From: Schmidtea nova | Taxonomy: Eukaryota | Reading direction: 5' to 3' | Length of the DNA: 64,000 nt | NCBI GenBank assembly: GCA_044892505.1 | Contig: CM097882.1 | Location: 174,778,001 to 174,842,000 of the forward strand | Shown here: positions 1 through 10,719 of the stretch, in pieces | Position numbering within the stretch: the first letter of the stretch is position 1 | Layout: every line of letters begins with the position of its first letter | Made by a program: the position numbers and the translations under genes | Notes under the pieces: generated by a model | Databases searched by the model: none | The model's input: only the letters and a program-made list of their open reading frames with translations | What the model was told of the DNA's origin: nothing

Positions 1-3000
1 TAAAGTAAAATAAGGTACTTTTGTATGAAAATTAGATATTATTTAAATTAAATTAAGTAGGTCATATATGAAATTAAGTAGGTCATATATTTGAATATTT
101 ATTTTTAAAGTAAAATTAGATACTTTTTGTATGAAAATTAGATATTATTTAAATTAAATTAAGTAGGTCAAAAATGAAATTAAGTAGGTCATATATTTAA
201 ATATTTAATTTAAAGTAAAATTAGGTACTTTTTGTATGAAAATTAGATATTATTTAAATTAAATTAAGTAGGTCATATATGAAATTAAGTAGGTCATATA
301 TTTAAATATTTAATTATATTTAAATATTATTTAATTTAAGGTCATATATGAAATATTTTTTAATTAAGTAAGTCATATATGAAATATTTTTATTTAAGAC
401 AAAATAAAGTAGGTCATATATGAAAATCGTATTATTTAATTTAAAATAAGTAGGTCATATATGAAAAATTATAATTTAGGGACAATTTAAGGTCAAATAA
501 AGTAGGTCATATATTTAAATATTTATATATTAAATTAAGTAGGTCATATATTTAAATATTTATATATTAAATTAAGTAGGTCATATATTTAAATATTTAA
601 TTTAAAGTAAAATTAGGTACTTTTTATACGAAAATTAGATATTATTTAAATTAAATTAAGTAGGTCATATATGAAAATCGTATTATTTAATTTGAAATAA
701 GTAGGTCATATATGAAATTTAGTAGGTCATATATTTAAATATTTAATTATATTTAAATATTATTTAAATTAAGGTCATATATGAAATATTTTTTAATTAA
801 GTAAGTCATATATGAAATATTTTTATTTAAGACAAAATAAAGTAGGTCATATATGAAAATCGTATTATTTAATTTGAAATCAGTAGGTCATATATGAAGA
901 CATTATTATTTAATTTAAAATTAAATAAGTCATATATAAAATATTTTTATTTAAGACAAAATAAAGTAGTTCATATATGAAAATCGTATTATTTAATTTA
1001 AAATAAGTAGGTCATATATGAAAAATTATAATTTAAGGACAATTTAAGGTCAAATTAAGTAGGTCATTTATGAAAAATTAAATATTTATTATCAAATTAA
1101 GTAGGTCACATATGAAAATATTTTTATTTACGTCAAAATTAAGTACTTAATATATTAAAATTATTTTTATTTAAAGTCGAATTAGGTACTTTATATATGA
1201 AAAATAAGATATTATTAAAGCAAAATTAAGTACTTTATATGAAAAATTATTATTTAATTTAAGTAAGTCATATATAAGAGAAATTAAATATTTATTATCA
1301 AATTAAGTAGGTCATATATGAAAAGTTAAAATAATATAATTTAAGGACAATTTAAGGTCAAATGAAGTAGGTCATATATGAAACTATTTTTAAATTAAGT
1401 AGGTCATATATGAAATATTATTTAAATTAAGTAAGTCATATATGAAAATATTTTTAAATTAAGCAGGTCATATATTTAAATACTTAATTTAAAGTCAAAT
1501 TAGGTAATTTTTACATGAAAATTAAATATCATTAAAGTCAAATTAAGTAGTTCATATATGAAATATTTTTAAATTAAGTAGGTCATATATGAAAATATTT
1601 TTAAATTAAGTAGGTCATATATGAAACTATTTTTAAATTAAGTAGGTGATATATGAAATATTATTTAAATTAAGTAAGTCATTTATGAAAATATTTTTAA
1701 ATTAAGTAGGTCATATATTTAAATACTTAATTTAAATTCAAATTAGGTACTTTTTACATGAAAATTAAATATTATTAAAGTCAAATTAAGTAGGTTATAT
1801 ATGAAAATATTATTTAAATTAAGTAGGTCATATATGAAATATTTTTTAATAAAGTAAGTCATATATGAAATATTTTTATTTAAGACAAAATAAAGTAGGT
1901 CATATATGAAAATCGTATTATTTAATTTAAAATAAGTAGGTCATATGATTTAAGGACAATTTAAGGTCAAATAAAGTAGGTCATATATTTAAATATTTAA
2001 TTTAAAGTAAAATTAGGTACTTTTTATACGAAATTTAGATATTATTTAAATTAAATTAAGTAGGTTATATATGAATTTAAGTAAGTCATATATCTAATTA
2101 TTTAATTTAAAGTAAAATTAGGTACTTTTTTATGAAAATTAGATATTATTTAAATTAAATTAAGTAGGTCATTTATGAAATATTTTTAAATTAAGTAGAT
2201 CATATATTTAAATATTGAATTTAAAGTAAAATTAGGTACTTTTTACGAAAATTAGATATTATTTAAATTAAGTAGGTCATATATTGAATATAAACTAAAA
2301 TTAGGTACTTTTGTATGAAAATTAGATAATATTTAAGTTAAATTAAGTAGGTCATATATCAAATATTTTTTAATTAAATAAGTCATATATTTAAATATTG
2401 AATTTAAAGTAAAATTAGGTACTTTTTACGAAAATTAGATATTATTTAAATTAAGTAGGTCATATATTTATATACTTAATTTAAAGTCAAATTAGGTACT
2501 TTTAATATGAAAATTAAATATTTAAAGTCAAATAAAGTAGGTCATATATGAAAATATTTTTATTTAATTTAAATTAAGTAGGTCATATATGAAGACATTA
2601 TTATTTAATTTAAAATTAAGTAGGTCATATATGAAATATTTTTATTTAAGAGAAAATAAAGTAGGTCATATATGAAAATCGTATTATTTAATTTAAAATA
2701 AGTAGGTCATATATGAAAAATTATAATTTAAAGACAATTTAAGGTCAAATAAAGTAGGTCATATATGAAAAATTAAATATTTATTATCAAATTAAGTAGG
2801 TCATAAATGAAAGTATTTTTATTTACGGCATAATTAAGTACTTTATATATGAAAATTATTTTTTATTTAAAGTCAAATTAGGTACTTTATTATTATTTAT
2901 TTTTATTTAATATAAATTAAGTAGGTCATATTTGAAATATTTTTATTTAAGACAAAATAAAGTAAGTCATATATGAAAATCGTATTATTTAATTTAAAAT

Positions 3001-3420
3001 TAAGTAGGTCATATATGAAAAAATATAATTTAAGGGCTATTTAATGTCAAATAAAGTAGGTCATATATAAGAAATTAAATATTTATTATCAAATTAAGTA
3101 GGTCATATATGAAAATATTTTAATTTAAAGTCATATTAGGTACTTTTTTATATGAAAAAATTAGTTTTTATTAAAGGCTTATTAAATACTTTATATGAAA
3201 AATTATTTAATTTAAGTAGGTCATATATGAAATATATTTATTTAATTTAAATAAAGTAGGTCACATATGATACTATTCAAAGACAAATTAGTTCATATAT
3301 GAAATACTTTATTTAATTTAAATAATATAGGTCATATATGAAAAGATTTTTATTTAAGGCGGAATTACTTAATTCATATGAGAAAATATTTTAAGTAATT
3401 TAGATGAAATATGAAAAATC
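1..3420 (+). repeat. Left arm: irregular tandem array of the AAATTAAGTAGGTCATATATGAAA subrepeat with higher-order blocks
   Basis: Dozens of copies of TAAGTAGGTCATAT in one orientation, interspersed with AAATTAGGTACTTTT variants; very AT-rich. Confidence 0.95.
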
Positions 3421-3995
3421 TAAAATAATTATTTTAATAATTTTTATTATTTACTTTAAAAATTTATTATTATTAATATCTACCAAGGAAAGAGAAGACA
3501 AGATTAAGAACAAGTGCTTAATATCGCCAGTCCTAAAGAGCGGTGATTAAATGCCTGTGCCTAAAAGACACGCTGGGCAAGTGATCGCGTCCACAAGGGT
3601 CGTCGGTGCCTCCCCAAAGTGGGGTCAATAGGACCTGGGCATCAATAGTTCGCTATCTATAGCGATCACGTCTCAGATAAACAAGGGTAGCCAGCTACCA
3701 AGACATCATCCACAACATAGTGTTTCATACGCCATGAATGTGCCGGCAAGTTATCGTCATAGACACGATGACCGAATTTATTGATAATGTACACAAACAT
3801 TCTTAATCATCGCAGAGGCCTCCCATTAGGTTGGATAACGGTCATCCACCACAATGACTAGCATGCTTCATTTAAAAAATAAAATAAGGGATAACAATCC
3901 TTCCCAACCCTCATTTATTAAAATATAAAATAAAATATTAAAGTTTTTTCATTTTCCTCTTCGGTTTTTACCAGTCAAATCTAATAATAAAAGAC

Positions 3996-4436
3996 NNNNN
4001 NNNNNNNNNNNNNNNNNNNNNNNNNNNNNNNNNNNNNNNNNNNNNNNNNNNNNNNNNNNNNNNNNNNNNNNNNNNNNNNNNNNNNNNNNNNNNNNNNNNN
4101 NNNNNNNNNNNNNNNNNNNNNNNNNNNNNNNNNNNNNNNNNNNNNNNNNNNNNNNNNNNNNNNNNNNNNNNNNNNNNNNNNNNNNNNNNNNNNNNNNNNN
4201 NNNNNNNNNNNNNNNNNNNNNNNNNNNNNNNNNNNNNNNNNNNNNNNNNNNNNNNNNNNNNNNNNNNNNNNNNNNNNNNNNNNNNNNNNNNNNNNNNNNN
4301 NNNNNNNNNNNNNNNNNNNNNNNNNNNNNNNNNNNNNNNNNNNNNNNNNNNNNNNNNNNNNNNNNNNNNNNNNNNNNNNNNNNNNNNNNNNNNNNNNNNN
4401 NNNNNNNNNNNNNNNNNNNNNNNNNNNNNNNNNNNN
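3996..4436. other. Assembly gap (N). Other gaps: 17416-17654, 19889-20257, 37333-37540, 42916-43295, ~52227-52432, 57808-58223
   Basis: Runs of N. The X-filled ORFs in the track are artefacts of these gaps. Confidence 0.99.
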
Positions 4437-4660
4437 GATACTAAAAATCTTTAAAAACTCTCAAGGTAAAAAACTTTAAATAAATAATTGAAATTATATA
4501 AAAATCTATCAGGTCAAAAACTTTAATAATTGATATTATAAAATTCAACAATAGTTTTTTTTTGAAACAAAAATAATTCACAAAGTCATAAAATAATTCA
4601 CTTATATAATAACAAAGAAAACACATTTTATAGAAATTAACATTATTTATTAAAAATAAT

Positions 4661-5240
4661 CTAAATTTCGTCTAATTGCAACTCATCTGGATCATTATTT
4701 GGATTTTCGTCTGGATTAATATCAGGATCATCATCAGGTTCATCATCAATGTTGATAGAATTATCTAAATCAACAGATCCCCCTATTTGATTATTATTTA
4801 AAATTTCATTATTTAAAATTACGGGTTGTTGAATTTCAACATCCTCATCATCACTAATAATAATAATAATAAGATCTATTTTAATTTTCTTAGGTGCACA
4901 ACTGATTTTAATATCAGCAGGTCTTTTATTAGTATTTATAGTAGTTATATTATTTTTAATATTAGTTTTATTATTAGTTAAAGTATTTATATTTTTAATA
5001 TTATTTTTATTTATGGTATTTGAATTTCGAAAGATGGATTTTTTATTTTTAAAGAATTGAGAGAGATGAACTTTATGTTCATTATAAAAGTCGGAATAGG
5101 TTTGGGTATGAGATGTTTCCCATTTCGGACATATAAAAAAGTCAATGCCATTAAACCTATGATGATATTATTTATTCATAAGTTCATGGCATTTATTATT
5201 ATGTTTCAATGATGAACCACAATAATTAGGATATAGCGAG
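4661..5240 (-). pseudogene. Decayed cargo ORF in the foldback core: Cys/His-rich N-terminus, Asn-rich middle, acidic D/P-rich tail
   Basis: Manual translation: ...YCGSSLKHNNKCHELMNK*YHHRFNGIDFFICPKWETSHTQTYSDFYNEHKVH...KRPADIKISCAPKKIKID...DDEPDDDPDINPDENPNNDPDELQLDEI*. The frame is open from 5167 to 4661, with an in-frame TAA at 5168-5170. Confidence 0.5.
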
Positions 5241-5759
5241 CCTAAATATATTTTGAAAATTAGTATATATATATATATATATATAATTGATTTGATTTAT
5301 GTATAAAATATTATTTATGTTATTATTTGATTTTATTATATGATTTGATTTTATATTATATTGATTTTAGTTTAATGATGTAATTGTTTAATTTATATAA
5401 GTGATTTGATTTATGTTATTATTTTATTTTATTATATGATTTTATTTTATTTTATTTTATATAATATTGATTTCAGTTTAATGATAATCACTTAGTAATC
5501 ATTATACCACTATAATCATTTATGATAATAATTGATGAGTTTGAAAATATTTATTCTATTATGTAATACTTAAAATATCATAAATTATTACCATAAATGA
5601 ATATGTCAGTATAATAATCACTAAGTGACTTATCATTAAACTGTAAAATTGAATATATTGCATAATAAGATAATTTAGCAAAAATTAATCGCGGAAACAT
5701 AAACGTTAATTATATTATGCAATATTACATTTATCAAATTTTACCGATGTTAATAATAA

Positions 5760-6030
5760 TGATAATGATAATAATTATAATGTTAATAATTATAATAATA
5801 AAAACAATAAGAAGAATAAATATAAGAAGAAGAATAATTATAATGATAATAATAATAATTTTAAAAATAGTAATAATGCTAATAATAATTATTACATTGA
5901 TAATAATAATAGTAATAGTAATTATATAATAATAATACTAATAATGCAAATAATGCAAATAATAATAATTATAATAAAAATATTAATGATAAAAGATATT
6001 AATAAAATAATAATAATGATAATATTAATA
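5760..6030. repeat. Degenerate (AAT)n microsatellite
   Basis: ATAATAATG/ATAATAATT runs. Confidence 0.85.
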
Positions 6031-6052
6031 ATAAAAGAATATATTTTTATAT

Positions 6053-8830
6053 TTTTATATATGACCTACTTAATTTGATAATAAATATTTAATTTCTTAT
6101 ATATGACCTACTTTATTTGACATTAAATAGCCCTTAAATTATATTTTTTCATATATGACCTACTTAATTTTAAATTAAATAATACGATTTTCATATATGA
6201 CTTACTTTATTTTGTCTTAAATAAAAATATTTCAAATATTACCTACTTAATTTTAAATTAAATAATAATGTCTTCATATATGACCTACTTAATTTATATT
6301 AAATAAAAATAAATAATAATAAAGTACCTAATTTGACTTTAAATAAAAAATAATTTTCATATATTAAGTACTTAATTATGCCGTATATAAAAATATTTTC
6401 ATATATGAACTACTTAATTTGATAATAAATATTTAATTTTTCATATATGACCTACTTTATTTTACCTTAAATTGTCCTTAAATTATAATTTTTCATATAT
6501 GACCTACTTATTTTAAATTAAATAATACAATTTTCATATATGACCTGCTTTATTTTCTCTTAAATAAAAATATTTTCATATATGACCTACTTAATTTGAC
6601 TTTAAATATTTAATTTTCATATTAAAAGTACCTAATTTGACTTTAAATTAAGTATATAAATATATGACCTACTTAATTTAAATAATATCTAATTTTCGTA
6701 TAAAAAGTACCTAATTTTACTTTAAATTCAATATTTAAATATATGACCTACTTAATTAAAAAAATATTTCATATATGACCTACTTAATTTAACTTTAATA
6801 ATATCTAATTTTCACACAAAAGTACCTAATTTTAGTTTAAAATCAATATATGACCTACTTAATTTCATATATGACCTATTTAATTAAAAAATATTTCATA
6901 TATGACCTACTTAATTTAATTTAAATAATATCTAATTTTCATACAAAAGTACCTAATTTTACTTTAAATTAAATATATTAATATATGACCTACTTAATTT
7001 CATTTATGACCTACTTAATTTTATTTAAATAATATCTAATTTTCATACAAAAAGTATCTTATTTTACTTTAAATTAAATATTTAAATAAATGACCTACTT
7101 TATTTCATATATGACCTACTTAATTAAATTTAAATAATATCTAATTTTCATACAAAAGTACATAAGTTTACTTTAATATCAATAGTTAAATATATGACCT
7201 ACTTAATTTCATATATGACCTACTTAATTTAATTTAAATAATATCTAATTTTCGTATAAAAAGTACCTAATTTTACTTTAAATTAAATATTTAAATATAT
7301 GACCTACTTTATTTGACCTTAAATTGTCCTTAAATTATAATTTTTCATAAAAGACCTACTTATTTTGTCTTACATAATACGATTTTCATATATGACCTAC
7401 TTTATTTTGTCTTAAATAAAAATATTTCATATATGACTTACTTAATTAAAAAATATATTTCAAATATTTCATATATGACTTACTTAATTAAAAAATATTT
7501 CATATATAACCTACTTAATTTAAATAATATTTTCATATATGACCTACTTAATTTGACTTTAATAATATATAATTGTCATGTAAAAAGTACCTAATTTGAC
7601 TGTAAATTAAGTATTTAAATATATGACCTACTTAATTTAAAAATATTTTCATATATGACCTACTTAATTCAAATAATATTTCATATATGACCTACTTAAT
7701 TTAAAAATATTTTCATATATGACCTATTTAATTTAAAAATATTTCATATATGACCTACTTAATTTGACCTTAATAATATTTAATTTTCATGTAAAAAGTA
7801 CCTAATTTGACTTTAAATTAAGTATTTAAATATATGACCTACTTAATTTAAAAATATTTTCATATATGACCTTAATATAAATAATATTTCATATATGACC
7901 TACTTAATTTAAAAATAGTTTCATATATGACCTACTTTATTTGACCTTAAATTGTCCTTAAATTATATTATTTTAACTTTTCATATATGACCTACTTAAT
8001 TTGATAATAAATATTTAATTTCTCTTATGTATGACCTACTTAAATTAAATAATAATTTTTCATATAAAGTACTTAATTTTGCTTTAATAATATCTAATTT
8101 TTCATATATAAATTACATAATTCGACTTTAAATAAAAAATAATTTTCATATATTAAGTACTTAATTTTGACGTAAATAAAAATATTTTCATATGTGACCT
8201 ACTTAATTTGATAATAAATATTTAATTTTTCATATATGACCTACTTAATTTGATCTTAAATTGGCCTTAAATTATAATTTTTCATATATGACCTACTTAA
8301 TTTTAAATTAAATAATACGATTTTCATATATGAACTACTTTATTTTGTCTTAAATAAAAATATTTCATATATGACCTATTTAATATTAAATTAAATAATA
8401 ATGTCTTCATATATGACCTACTTATTTCAAATTAAATAATACGATTTTCATATATGACCTACTTTATTTAAAAATATTTCATATATGACCTACTTTATTT
8501 AAAAATATTTCATATATGACCTACTTAATTTAATTTAAATAATATCTAATTTTCTTATAAAAAGTTCCTAATTTTACTTTTGATTAAATATTTAAATATA
8601 TGACCTACTTTATTTCATATATGACCTACTTAATTTAATTTAAATAATATCTAATTTTCATACAAAAAGTATCTAATTTTATTATAAAAAAAATATTTAA
8701 ATATATGACCTACTTAATTTCATATATGACCTACTTAATTTAATTTAAATAATATCTAATTTTTGTATAAAAAGTACCTAATTTGACTTTAAATTAGGTA
8801 TTTAAATATATGACCTACTTTATTTGACCT
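6053..8830 (-). repeat. Right arm: inverted copy of the same subrepeat array (TTTCATATATGACCTACTTAATTT)
   Basis: Reverse complement of the left arm; blocks ~840-3110 map co-linearly onto ~8465-6053. Confidence 0.95.
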
Positions 8831-9160
8831 TAAATTCACCTTAAAAATGACCCTTATGTGTCCTTAAACCGACCTAGATCTACTTTTTTGTCCTTAAAGT
8901 GTCCTAAAACCATAAATTTGACCTTAAACTCACCTAAAAGTGTCTTTAAAGTGTCCTAAAACCAAAAATTTGACCTTAAATTCACCTTAAGCGAAAAGTT
9001 TGTCCTTAAAATGACCTTAAAATGACCTACAGAAAATTTGACCTGCATAAAAAAAAATTTCCCTCTGGGGGGCTATAGGGATTTGACCTATATATGACGG
9101 GACACATCCTACTACTGTCTGCTATTAGGGATTTGCACTGGGTATCACAAAGTTTTACTT

Positions 9161-9191
<31 letters not shown>

Positions 9192-9193
9192 AT

Positions 9194-10719
9194 CACGGAT
9201 GCACAAAGTGCGGCCCGCGGGCCACATGCGGCTCTTTTGAACAATTTGTGCGGCCCTCGTGTATATTTATTTAATATATTTATTTTAAAAAATGCCTATA
9301 TTTTCAGAAATTGCAGCACTAAAAAAACATTTTCAGTTTTTAGATATTGCAAGTGCCCTAAAAAATTAGAAATGGCAGCACTTTTTTGTTACACTAAAAA
9401 TTAGTCTGCAGGGTTATTTCAATACATATAACTATTTTTTGTTTGGTTATCTTCAAGAAACTTTTTGAAAATGTTGTGTTTTGCAATATCACAGATTTAA
9501 TATGAATTGCACAGATTTAATAAAAATTGCACATATATAATAAAAGTTCTAACTACAAAGTAATTGTTTTGTATATATTTGTTTGTACTAAGCTAGAATT
9601 CAAAATATCTTCCCAACATAAACAGCTAGTTATAAATTTTAAAATATAAAATCAAAAAATAACGCCTTCTAATTTTCTGTGGGGTGGTAATTACAATAAG
9701 TATGCAAGTTTTTATTTTATATATTTTTTAATTAACAAAGTTTTATAAATTCTAATTAGTATTAGCCCTGCAAGAGAATGATTGCAATCAAACGAAAATT
9801 GGAATCCGAAAACAGGAAATTTAATAATTGTTGGACTGATAAATATTTTGTGTTAGAACACAATAATAAAGTTATATGCTTGATTTGTCAAATAAAGATA
9901 AATTGTATGAAGGAGTTTAACATAAAGAGGCACCATATTACAACACATCTGGAATATGAGAATATTGTGGGCATATCACGGGAAGAAAAGATCAATTGCT
10001 TTAAACGTGGTATTACTGCTCAGCAACAGATTTTTAAAAAATTACATAAAGAATCAGAAGTCGTTTCTGAAATTAGCTACGATTTGTCATTGTTGATCAC
10101 TAAAACAAGTCGACCTTTCACTGAAGGAGAATTTATTAAACAGTGTTTTTTAACAGTGGGAAAAAAGTTTCTCCTGAAATAACAAAAAAGGTTGAAAATA
10201 TATCTTTGAGCAGGACAACAGTTCAGCGTCATGTGGTTGAAATGGCTGATGACATCTGTGATCAGTTCAAAGAAAAAACTGAAGATATTAGATATTTTTC
10301 TCTGGCTATTGATGAGTCAACTGATATTTCTTCAACGGCACAATTGATGATATTTTTCCGTGGTGTAACTAATAATTTTGAAATTTATGAAGAATTATTG
10401 GCGATAAGTTCATTAAAAGACCATACGACTAGAAGCGATTTGCTGACGAGTTTACTAAACTAATGTGAAAAGGCTGGCCTTGATTTAAAAAAACCTTCTG
10501 GTATTACTACAGATGGTGCACCTTCCATGATTGGTGCAAACAATGGTATGGTATCATTGCTGAAGAATAGTCTTGGTAATCGAAACTTAGAAGTATTTCG
10601 GTTCCATTGCATTATACATCAACAAAATCTTTGTGGAAAAGACTTAGGATTCGATCATGTAATGAAGGTAGTCGTATCAGTAGTAAATTTCTTAAAATAT
10701 AGAGGTCTCAAATATAGAG
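9194..10719 (+). mobile_element. 5' half of a hAT transposon (SPIN/Buster/GTF2IRD2-like), 3'-truncated
   Basis: Left end CACGGATGCACAAAGTGCGGCCCGCGGGCCACATGCGGC, typical of Charlie/SPIN ends, followed by transposase fragments. Confidence 0.85.
9778..10719 (+). pseudogene. hAT transposase (GTF2IRD2/EPM2AIP1-like), frameshifted and truncated
   Basis: BED-like CLIC...KRHH finger, FSLAIDESTD (catalytic D), TTDGAPSM, HCIIHQQNLC; split over ORFs 9778-10182, 10143-10463 and 10527-10748. Confidence 0.9.

Larger units (their letters stand above)
1..9116. mobile_element. Foldback-like non-autonomous element with very long subrepeated inverted arms and a Polinton-type right terminus (left terminus lies outside the window)
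   Basis: Left-arm landmarks mirror the right arm: ACGTCAAAATTAAGTAC (~1130-1146) vs GTACTTAATTTTGACGT (~8157-8173), and ~3061-3112 vs ~6053-6106. The right end GACACATCCTACTACT (9101-9116) has reverse complement AGTAGTAGGATGTGTC. Confidence 0.75.

Noticed and set aside
4441-4626. 61-aa hydrophobic ORF
   Set aside because: It is short, AT-biased and abuts a gap, with no motif to support it.
5717-5929. Ile-rich 70-aa ORF
   Set aside because: It is the translation of an (AAT)n microsatellite.
1-8830. CRISPR-like or telomeric interpretation of the repeat arrays
   Set aside because: The spacers are themselves repetitive and irregular, there are no cas genes, the context is eukaryotic and spliced, and there are no TTAGGG tracts.
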